From assembly GCA_028711165.1 (NCBI GenBank), contig JAQTST010000001.1:300520-364519 (forward strand): 64,000 bases of DNA, read 5' to 3'. Each line of letters begins with the position of its first letter. The stretch's first letter is position 1. A program made the translations under genes and the position numbers. Shown in pieces: positions 34,588-42,386 of this stretch. The stretch is from Candidatus Nanoarchaeia archaeon. GTDB taxonomy: Archaea > Nanobdellota > Nanobdellia > Pacearchaeales > GW2011-AR1. Under the pieces are notes generated by a model, which did not search any database, had not been told where the DNA came from, and saw nothing but the letters and a program-made list of their open reading frames with translations.

Positions 34588-35610
34588 GTGAAAAAAAGGA
34601 TTTCTAGAAAGAGAAGAACTAGCCAAAGAGCCAGTGCTCTGCCGTCGACTAAAAAAGAATTTGAAACTTTTGCATTTGGCGTCGAGAGATTGAAAGAACT
34701 TAAACGGGAATTGAACTCTTTAAACACAAAAGGATTCTCTCAGGAAGCACAGGAAATAAGAGCAAAATTAAAAATTGTTTCAGAAGTTCCAAACATTGAA
34801 AGACTGCTCAAAAGATTAAAATTGAAAATAAAAGGGAAACACCCTTCTCCTAAAGAAAAAAGAAAAGATAAAATACAAAGTAAAGTAAAAAATAAAGTAA
34901 AAAGTAAAATACCTGATAAAATACAAAGTAGAATCAAGAATAGAACCGAAGAGATTCACGACGATATTGAAGATATAAAAGAAGACCTTGAACAAAACCT
35001 TCCAAGTATAAAATCTGAAATTAAAAAACTTGGGAAGAAAGTTGAAAATATGGGGGGCCAAAATTTATCTTTCAAAGTGACTCCTGTCGGTGTAAGAATA
35101 AACACAAGAAAAAAGAGAAAGAATAAAGTCAAAAGAAAAAAAGCAAAAACGCCTAAGATAAAAAAAAGAAGGATAAGACACAGAAAAAGAAAAGTAAGGC
35201 AAAAGAAAGTGAAAGTCAAAAAGGAAGTAAAGAAGAAAAGAAGAAGCAGGAAAAATAAAGTCAGAAGAAAAAAAGCAAAAATCACAAAATCAAAACCTGC
35301 TAAGAAAGTGAAATCTCCTGAAACAAAAAAAAGGAAAAAGAGGAAAGTAAGAAAACATAAAAGAAAAATTTCACGAGTAAAATCAAAGCCAAAGAGGCGA
35401 GTCCGAAAACACAGAAAAACTTCTAAACCTGATAAAGAACAGGAAATCAAAAGTAAAATTCTAAGAATGCTGGCGAGTAAGAAAGGATTGCATCTGAAAG
35501 AAATTAAAAAAAGACTGAAGAAAATGGGAATTAGAAAAAGTAAAAGAGCGATACTCAAGTACATAAAGAGCATGGAAAAAGAAGGAAAAATAAAGGAAAG
35601 GAAATATTAA
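34585..35610 (+). CDS. Extremely Lys/Arg-rich protein with C-terminal winged-helix-like domain (possible nucleic-acid/chromatin-binding protein)
   Basis: 341 aa with long KKRKKRKVRKHKRK-type tracts. The C-terminus ILRMLASKKGLHLKEIKKRLKKMGIRKSKRAILKYIKSMEKEGKI resembles a wHTH. Confidence 0.55.
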   Translation: MVKKRISRKRRTSQRASALPSTKKEFETFAFGVERLKELKRELNSLNTKGFSQEAQEIRAKLKIVSEVPNIERLLKRLKLKIKGKHPSPKEKRKDKIQSKVKNKVKSKIPDKIQSRIKNRTEEIHDDIEDIKEDLEQNLPSIKSEIKKLGKKVENMGGQNLSFKVTPVGVRINTRKKRKNKVKRKKAKTPKIKKRRIRHRKRKVRQKKVKVKKEVKKKRRSRKNKVRRKKAKITKSKPAKKVKSPETKKRKKRKVRKHKRKISRVKSKPKRRVRKHRKTSKPDKEQEIKSKILRMLASKKGLHLKEIKKRLKKMGIRKSKRAILKYIKSMEKEGKIKERKY

Positions 35611-35622
35611 CCTTCAATAAAC

Positions 35623-35630
35623 TTAAAAAC
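35623..35630 (+). promoter_or_regulatory. TATA-like box (TTAAAAAC) 29 nt upstream of pilin-leader paralog D
   Basis: Same spacing as paralogs A-C. Confidence 0.45.
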
Positions 35631-35651
35631 TATTTTCTCTTAATTTTATCA

Positions 35652-38600
35652 ATGAACAAGAGGGGTAAAAGAAAAAATAAAATTTCTAGGAAGGGTTTAT
35701 CGACGATTATCATGACTATGATAATTATTTTTGTTTCTCTCGTCGCTGTTGGAATTTTCTGGGCTGTCATCAATAATCTGCTGAAAGGAGGTTCTGAAAA
35801 TATCGGACTTGGAAAAATAACTTTCAGTGCAGAAATAAGCCAGGTTCACGTCGATAATTCTTCAAATAATGTCAGTTTCAAAATCACCAGAAAAGTCGGG
35901 ACAGGAGATATTGTCGGAATGAAATTTATTTTTGAAAATTCAGCAGGACAGGAAATAGCAACAGAACTTTTTGAATTGTCTGAATTAGCGTCGAGGAAGT
36001 TTCTAATTCATCTGACAATGGATGTTTCATCAATAACAAAAATTTCTGTTGTGCCTTTGTTTAAATCTTCAAAAGCAGAATACACCGTCGGAAATGTTGT
36101 TGCAATCTATAATTTGAAAGGAACAGAATCAGCAACTTACATTTGCGGAAACGGAATTTCAGAGCCAGGAGAATTCTGCGACTCGCCTGACCTCGACGGA
36201 GCAACATGCCAGAGTTTGGGTTTCATGTCGGGAACCTTAGACTGTTCAGCATCCTGCTCTTACAACACTTCACAATGTGTTTCAGTACCTTCATCCTGTG
36301 ATTTATGTTCAGATTGTGAAGAAGGTGTTCTTGATACTTGTTCTTATTCAGAATGTCATAGCTGCAATGGAACATGTTATTACAGAGGAGATATTTGGTT
36401 TGCTGAAGATTGTGTTTCTGTAACTGAAGCTTGCTCATCTTTAGTAACTCAATGTCTGGAATATTCAACTTACGAATGCAACAACGACCCTTGCAACTTA
36501 AATTGTGAATTAAACGGAACAGTCTGCATCGAATCAATTCCTGAAGCTCCTCCTGTAAACATAACTCCAATTTTATGGTACAAGTTCGACGGTAATTTAG
36601 CTGATAGCTCAGGAATTTCTCCTGCTCTCGACGGAAGCTGGGTTGGCAGTGCAGGAACTTTCGTTGCTGGTGTCGACGGACAAGCGGTTAATTTGGCAGG
36701 AACTGACGGAATCTCTTCTTCAGATAACAGCCGGCTTAATTCTATGGATAAATTAACTGTTTCGGTTTATGCAAAAAAGAATGATGCGGCTCAGGGAGGT
36801 TATTTAATTTTCAAACATATAGAATATACTTTAATTATCGGAGTGAATTCAGTTTATGGGAGTGTCTATACCTCTGCTGGTCCGGTTGAAAGGGCTTTTT
36901 CTGCAACAGCAAATATTAACGATACTAATTGGCACCAATATACATTAACTTATGATGGAGTACGAGTAAAGCTTTTCGTCGACGGCGCAGAATTAACTTC
37001 TGTACTCGCTGGCGGTAGTGTTTATACTGGCTCTGGACTTGGACTTTATGTCGGAAAAGATCCTTGGGGTGCTACATTCAACGGACAAATCGATGACGTT
37101 AGAATTTACAATGATTCAGTAACTCCGCCCGAATGTTCTCCCGGAAGCACTAAACTTTGTGATAAACAACTTGGAGTTTGTGCCGGAAGCACGCAGACTT
37201 GCAATTCCGGACAGCATTGGCCTGGCTGTACAACATCAACTTATTTTGCTTATGATTCTCATTATTTAGCAATTGAAGGACCTCTTGGAAATCCAAGCTG
37301 CAGCGACGGATATGATAATGACTGCGACGGAAATACCGACGGAACTGATACTGGCTGCATGAATCTTTACACACTTAATACGAGGACAGGAGAAGATGCT
37401 TTATTTGATGCTGTTAAAGTTATGAATTATTACGGGGCAGGATTTGCTAACTGGAGTTACATTTACGACTGGAACTTTGGTGATGGAATTTATAACGATC
37501 CTACTTCAATATTAGATGATGGTGGAATTGCTATGCTCCATAACTATCCTGCTGAGGGAAGCAGAGAAGCTACTTTAACCGTTCACAAAGCTGATTTAGT
37601 TTATTACGAATGGGGGCCTGATTTAGTTGGCTATGGCGATTTAGTCGGGGAATATCCTATAATTGTAAACACCGTCGGAGAATATTCAACTGCATTTGAA
37701 TTGTGGCACGCTCCTTATCACGCGAGAACCGGACAGTGGATTTATGCAAGACTTGACAATGACCCTGCTGTTGATTATGATAATGATGTTACCTTAGATA
37801 TTAGTTCTTATCCTGCTTACAGAATGACTGCTGTTCTTACAAGAGACAGCGGCGGGTATACTGAAACTTTATTTAACGCTGACAGAAGTTTGAATACTGA
37901 AGAAAGATTTTTATTAAATAATTCTAAATTGTCGTCGGGAAATTACACTTTATCTGTCAAGATTTTAAGTTCTCTTGGCGGAAGTGTTGTTCAGCAAATT
38001 GATGAGCATTTTGAAAAACCTTACAACGGAATTCCGACAGTCGGCATTGACGAGAATAATAATTTCAGACTTAACGGAGAATTATATTTTCCTGTGACTC
38101 CTTTTGGTTTGGATTATGATTATGTTCCTGAATGGGCAAATAAATACATTAACACCCTTGAAGTTCAGGGATGGGATGCTGAATTTTTTACTCCCCAGAC
38201 TTTTGCTGAACATCTTGATATAGCCAGTGCAAATAATCTCAAATCAATCGGGCCTGAATTATGGTGGGGAAATAATTACGACGGAAAACAGAGAATGCAC
38301 TTCGAGAGAAATTCAAATATCTCACGAGTTATTGAATATATTCAGTATAATAAAAATCACCCTGCTTTATTCGGCTGGTTATGGGACGATGAACCAAACA
38401 TGGGCGGGCAGACGGGTTTTATAGTTCCAGAAGCATTAGCAACCTGGTCGTATTTAACTTTCAAGTATGACCCTCAGCATCCTGTATTTATGCAATTGCT
38501 TGGTGCAGATTATCTTCCTTATTATTGGGATATGGATTACAGATTGGGTTTTGATTATATGTATAACTCAGAATATTTTGGAAAGAAAACTTCTCTTGCA

Positions 38601-39335
38601 GATGCCGTTGGTTTTGACATCTATCCTATTGAATATCAGTATGAACTTAATTTAGTTAATCCTACCCGCGGTCCTATTGACATGTGGCTTACTGCTATCG
38701 AAAATTTAAACACGGCAAATTATGGTTTGTCTCCTTTAGCTGTATTTATTGAGACACAGGATTTAAGAGCAGAAGATTTGACTAATCCTCCCGGCTGTAC
38801 TCCTTACGACCATGCTACTAATACCACCGGAACCTGTTATGCTCAGATTATGAATTGGCCATGGACAAAAGGACCAAGTCCTGAAGAAGTATTAATGGAA
38901 AGCTGGGCAGCAGTTATTCACGGAGTTAAACATATCAGCTGGTTCCATTATCACACACCTACACCTCCTGAAAATTTTGCAGCAATGGCAAAATTCTACA
39001 GCCATATTACTCAGCTGACAAAAATAGTTCTTGCTCCAAATACTACAAGAACTTTGACAGACAATTCAAATGTAAGAGGAAACAGGGTTGATACAATGAT
39101 AAAAGAAAATAGTTCAGACATTTACATTTTTGCAGTCAGAGTTACAGAACCAGATACTGAATGGGATGAAACTTTTGAACCAGTTTCTGTTTCAACAACT
39201 TTTAATGTTGGCGGGACTACTTCAGGAACAATTAGTGTATTCAATGAAAGCAGAACTTTGACATTATCCGGCGGGCAATTTACAGATACATTTAACAGAT
39301 ACGCATATCACATTTATAGAATCCCCAAGAGTTAA
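35652..39335 (+). CDS. Surface protein: class III signal peptide module, Cys-rich repeats, LamG domain, Cys-rich region, PKD-like domain, C-terminal glycoside hydrolase-like (clan GH-A-like) region (paralog D)
   Basis: RKG/LSTIIMTMIIIFVSLVAVGIFWAVI. CGNGISEPGEFCD repeat. LamG pattern (ILWYKFDGNLADSSG...IDDVRIYND). PKD signature YDWNFGDGIYND. C-terminal region with HPALFGWLWDDEPN, reminiscent of the NEP acid/base motif of TIM-barrel glycosidases. Confidence 0.7.
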   Translation: MNKRGKRKNKISRKGLSTIIMTMIIIFVSLVAVGIFWAVINNLLKGGSENIGLGKITFSAEISQVHVDNSSNNVSFKITRKVGTGDIVGMKFIFENSAGQEIATELFELSELASRKFLIHLTMDVSSITKISVVPLFKSSKAEYTVGNVVAIYNLKGTESATYICGNGISEPGEFCDSPDLDGATCQSLGFMSGTLDCSASCSYNTSQCVSVPSSCDLCSDCEEGVLDTCSYSECHSCNGTCYYRGDIWFAEDCVSVTEACSSLVTQCLEYSTYECNNDPCNLNCELNGTVCIESIPEAPPVNITPILWYKFDGNLADSSGISPALDGSWVGSAGTFVAGVDGQAVNLAGTDGISSSDNSRLNSMDKLTVSVYAKKNDAAQGGYLIFKHIEYTLIIGVNSVYGSVYTSAGPVERAFSATANINDTNWHQYTLTYDGVRVKLFVDGAELTSVLAGGSVYTGSGLGLYVGKDPWGATFNGQIDDVRIYNDSVTPPECSPGSTKLCDKQLGVCAGSTQTCNSGQHWPGCTTSTYFAYDSHYLAIEGPLGNPSCSDGYDNDCDGNTDGTDTGCMNLYTLNTRTGEDALFDAVKVMNYYGAGFANWSYIYDWNFGDGIYNDPTSILDDGGIAMLHNYPAEGSREATLTVHKADLVYYEWGPDLVGYGDLVGEYPIIVNTVGEYSTAFELWHAPYHARTGQWIYARLDNDPAVDYDNDVTLDISSYPAYRMTAVLTRDSGGYTETLFNADRSLNTEERFLLNNSKLSSGNYTLSVKILSSLGGSVVQQIDEHFEKPYNGIPTVGIDENNNFRLNGELYFPVTPFGLDYDYVPEWANKYINTLEVQGWDAEFFTPQTFAEHLDIASANNLKSIGPELWWGNNYDGKQRMHFERNSNISRVIEYIQYNKNHPALFGWLWDDEPNMGGQTGFIVPEALATWSYLTFKYDPQHPVFMQLLGADYLPYYWDMDYRLGFDYMYNSEYFGKKTSLADAVGFDIYPIEYQYELNLVNPTRGPIDMWLTAIENLNTANYGLSPLAVFIETQDLRAEDLTNPPGCTPYDHATNTTGTCYAQIMNWPWTKGPSPEEVLMESWAAVIHGVKHISWFHYHTPTPPENFAAMAKFYSHITQLTKIVLAPNTTRTLTDNSNVRGNRVDTMIKENSSDIYIFAVRVTEPDTEWDETFEPVSVSTTFNVGGTTSGTISVFNESRTLTLSGGQFTDTFNRYAYHIYRIPKS

Positions 39336-39416
39336 TTCACCGTCGACAAAACGTATTTTTTGTGCAGAAAGGTTTATAAATAATCTCTAGCTTTTTCTTA
39401 TGTAGATTCTAATAAA

Positions 39417-41303
39417 ATGACAGAAAAATATACCGCGGAATCAATCAAAGTGCTCGAAGGTTTGGAAGGAGTCAGGAAAAGGCCTGCGATGTACATTGGT
39501 AGCACAGGGAAAGACGGACTGCATCATTTAGTTTACGAAACTGTCGATAATTCTGTTGACGAGGCTCTGGCAGGGTTTTGCAAGAATATTTTTGTTTCTT
39601 TAAATGAAGATGGTTCTGCCACTATTGAAGATGACGGGAGAGGAATTCCTGTCGAAACGCATCCAATTTACAAAGTTCCTGCTGTCCAGATTGCACTTAC
39701 AAAACTTCACGCGGGAGGAAAATTTGACAAAAAATCTTACATGATTTCAGGAGGACTTCACGGCGTCGGAGTTTCTTGTGTAAATGCTCTTTCAAAGAAA
39801 TTAATTGTTGAAGTCAAGAGAGACGGGAATATTTACAGACAGGAATATTCAAGAGGAGACCCTAAAACAAAACTTGAAACTGTCGGAAAATGTCCTGTAA
39901 GTGAAACCGGGACAAAAATTACTTTCTGGCCTGATGAAGAGATTTTCTCGACGGTAGATTTTGATTACAAAGTTCTTGAAACAAGATTCAGAGAAATTGC
40001 TTTCCTTAATTCTGGCTTGAGAATAGTTCTCTATGAAAGAGAAAAACATAAGCAGGAAGAATTTTTTTCTACTGGTGGTTTGATGGAATTTGTCAAGTGG
40101 ATGAACAAGTCGAAGGAAGTTCTGCACAAGCCTGTTTATTTCAAGAGAGAAATGGACCACACTGTTATAGAAGTTTCAATACAATACAACTCGGGTTATC
40201 AGGAAAATATTTTTGGGTTTGTAAATACAATCAATACTGTCGAGGGCGGAACTCATGTTTTTGGTTTCAAGACAGCTTTGACCAGGGTTATTAATGATTA
40301 TGCGAAGAGGAAGGGAATTATCAAAACTGAAAACTTTTCCGGGGAAGATGTCAGGGAAGGTTTGACTGCAATTATCAGCATTAAAATTCCTGACCCGCAG
40401 TTTGAAGGGCAGACAAAAACTAAACTTGGAAACTCTGAAATTAAGGGATGGGTTGACTCTATTGTTACTTCTGCTTTGGCTGAATTTTTTGAGGAGAACC
40501 CTGCTGTTGCGAAGAAAATTGTTTCCAAGGCTGAAGCTGCGTCGAAAGCTAGAATGGCTGCTAAAAGGGCAAAAGAACTTGTCAGAAGAAAAAATGTTTT
40601 TTCACTTGGAGGGCTTCCTGGGAAATTAGCAGACTGCTCAAGCAAAAAATCTGATGATACAGAATTATATATTGTCGAGGGAGAATCTGCTGGAGGTTCT
40701 GCAAAGATGGCGAGAGACAAGGAGACTCAGGCAATACTTCCGCTGAGGGGAAAAATTCTGAATGTTGAAAAATCAAATCCTATCAAGAGTTTGTCGAGCG
40801 AGGAAATTGCTAATTTGATTACTGCAATTGGGACAGGAGTCGGCGACCAGTTTGACCCTGAGAAATTAAGATACAAGAAAATAATTATCATGAGTGATGC
40901 AGATGTCGACGGTGAACACATCAAAACTCTTTTGCTTACTTTATTTTTCAGATTTATGCCGAAGCTGATTGAGAGCGGGAACATTTATGCGGCTCTTCCT
41001 CCGTTATTTAGGATTAGAAAGAATAAAGATTATTATGTTTACTCTGAAGAGGAATTGAAAAAAACTCTTGAGAAACTTGATAGCAAGGAAGGAAATGTCA
41101 CACGTTTCAAAGGTTTGGGGGAAATGAGTGCTACCCAGCTTTGGGAAACAACTATGAATCCAAAGACAAGAAAAATTAAAAAGATATTTGTCGACGACGC
41201 TGTTGAAGCTGACGCGACGTTTTCAATGCTGATGGGCGACGATGTTCAGGCAAGAAAGGAATTCATCCAAGAAAATGCGCACGAAGCAAATTTAGATATT
41301 TAA
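39417..41303 (+). CDS. gyrB: DNA gyrase subunit B
   Basis: GHKL ATPase motifs (YETVDNSVDEALAG, GLHGVG), Toprim EGESAGGSAK, PLRGKILNVEK. 628 aa. Confidence 0.92.
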   Translation: MTEKYTAESIKVLEGLEGVRKRPAMYIGSTGKDGLHHLVYETVDNSVDEALAGFCKNIFVSLNEDGSATIEDDGRGIPVETHPIYKVPAVQIALTKLHAGGKFDKKSYMISGGLHGVGVSCVNALSKKLIVEVKRDGNIYRQEYSRGDPKTKLETVGKCPVSETGTKITFWPDEEIFSTVDFDYKVLETRFREIAFLNSGLRIVLYEREKHKQEEFFSTGGLMEFVKWMNKSKEVLHKPVYFKREMDHTVIEVSIQYNSGYQENIFGFVNTINTVEGGTHVFGFKTALTRVINDYAKRKGIIKTENFSGEDVREGLTAIISIKIPDPQFEGQTKTKLGNSEIKGWVDSIVTSALAEFFEENPAVAKKIVSKAEAASKARMAAKRAKELVRRKNVFSLGGLPGKLADCSSKKSDDTELYIVEGESAGGSAKMARDKETQAILPLRGKILNVEKSNPIKSLSSEEIANLITAIGTGVGDQFDPEKLRYKKIIIMSDADVDGEHIKTLLLTLFFRFMPKLIESGNIYAALPPLFRIRKNKDYYVYSEEELKKTLEKLDSKEGNVTRFKGLGEMSATQLWETTMNPKTRKIKKIFVDDAVEADATFSMLMGDDVQARKEFIQENAHEANLDI

Positions 41304-41304
41304 A

Positions 41305-41679
41305 ATGACAGAAGAACAAACTTTACCACAAATACCTACGGGAAAACCTAAAAAATTAATCAAGGTTATCGGAATTATTTTAGCTGTTACTTTAGCTACT
41401 GCACTTCTGATGATGGTTATCGGGAATCAAATGAATGCTAATGTGATAAAAGAAAGACAAGAATCCGAGAGATATAATGAATGGCTTGCTGAGAATTGTG
41501 AGTGTCTGGAGAAAGAGAGATATTTTTGCAAGGAAGGATTTGAAATGAGAGGAACTATATGTGCGAATGAAGCAAAAAAAAGTATTACTCAAAGGTTTAT
41601 CGGATGCTCTAAGTATGATTGTTTGGGAGAAATTAAAATTTGGAATAATGAGACAGAAAAATGGGAGGTTTTATCATGA
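41305..41679 (+). CDS. Single-pass membrane protein with extracellular Cys-rich domain
   Basis: TM IGIILAVTLATALLMMVI, then a domain with 7 Cys. Starts 2 nt after the gyrB stop. Confidence 0.5.
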   Translation: MTEEQTLPQIPTGKPKKLIKVIGIILAVTLATALLMMVIGNQMNANVIKERQESERYNEWLAENCECLEKERYFCKEGFEMRGTICANEAKKSITQRFIGCSKYDCLGEIKIWNNETEKWEVLS

Positions 41680-41963
41680 GGAAACCAAAACAAGGGGAAG
41701 TATATGAACATTTCAAGGGAAAGGATAGATTTTATGAGATTATAACTGTCGTGGGTGAAATTGTTTGGTATAAAAGTTTATATGAAGATAAAGAAAGAAA
41801 AATATCTGTCGGAGAAGTTTTTAAACGCCCGTTGGACGAGTTTTGCGGATATAAGGAATTTGATGAAAACTATACAAACTACGACGGGAAAGAATTCCAA
41901 AAAGGAGAAAAAGTAAAAAGATTTGTCTTAATTAAAAATTTGGAGAATAAAATAAATGGGTAA
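41661..41963 (+). CDS. DUF1653-like protein
   Basis: GEVYEHFKGKDRFYEI...VWYKSLYE...FKRPLDEF fits the DUF1653 pattern (recalled). The likely start is the ATG at 41676. Confidence 0.5.
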   Translation: MGGFIMRKPKQGEVYEHFKGKDRFYEIITVVGEIVWYKSLYEDKERKISVGEVFKRPLDEFCGYKEFDENYTNYDGKEFQKGEKVKRFVLIKNLENKING

Positions 41964-42291
41964 ATTAGAAACACCAGATTGGATTAAGGAAGGATTTGAT
42001 TCTAAGGCAGATTATGAAAAGGCTCACGGAAGTTCTAAAAAGAAAAAGGTTAGTGAGGAAAAAACTTTCAAAGTCAGAAAATGTCCTGAATGCGGAAGTT
42101 ATAATGTTAATGTTGTCCTGAGCGAACAGGAAGGCAGTGACGACGAGGAAGATTTGGAAAGTTCAAAAAAAGTAGTTGGTGAATGGGAATGCAAGAAGTG
42201 CAAATGGACAGGAAGAGATGTTGAAGAAGATGAATTGACTGAAGATGAATTCATGAAATATCTCGACGAGAAAGGAGAAGAGGTAGCATAA
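41956..42291 (+). CDS. Zinc-ribbon protein with acidic tail
   Basis: CPECGS...CKKCKW, two CxxC pairs. Confidence 0.5.
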   Translation: MGKLETPDWIKEGFDSKADYEKAHGSSKKKKVSEEKTFKVRKCPECGSYNVNVVLSEQEGSDDEEDLESSKKVVGEWECKKCKWTGRDVEEDELTEDEFMKYLDEKGEEVA

Positions 42292-42386
42292 TGACAGAAC
42301 AGAAGTTCACTTCAGACAGGAAGTCAGCCGTTCCGCACAGAAATGCGGACAGCACAAATAAAAATTCAGGAGAATTTTCATAATGA
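42288..42386 (+). repeat. Leader repeat copy B (long form) inserted between the zinc-ribbon ORF stop and the gyrA start
   Basis: The 13-nt direct repeat CATAATGACAGAA occurs at 42287..42299 and 42379..42391. The right arm CAGCACAAATAAAAATTCAGGAGAATTTTCATAATGA equals copy A. An internal hairpin CCGCA-CAGAAA-TGCGG is present. Confidence 0.85.

Noticed and set aside
34816-35573. 205-aa and 81-aa minus-strand ORFs rich in F and L
   Set aside because: They are the reverse complement of the AAG/AAA/AGA-rich Lys/Arg gene and necessarily read as TTT/CTT. They have no independent support.
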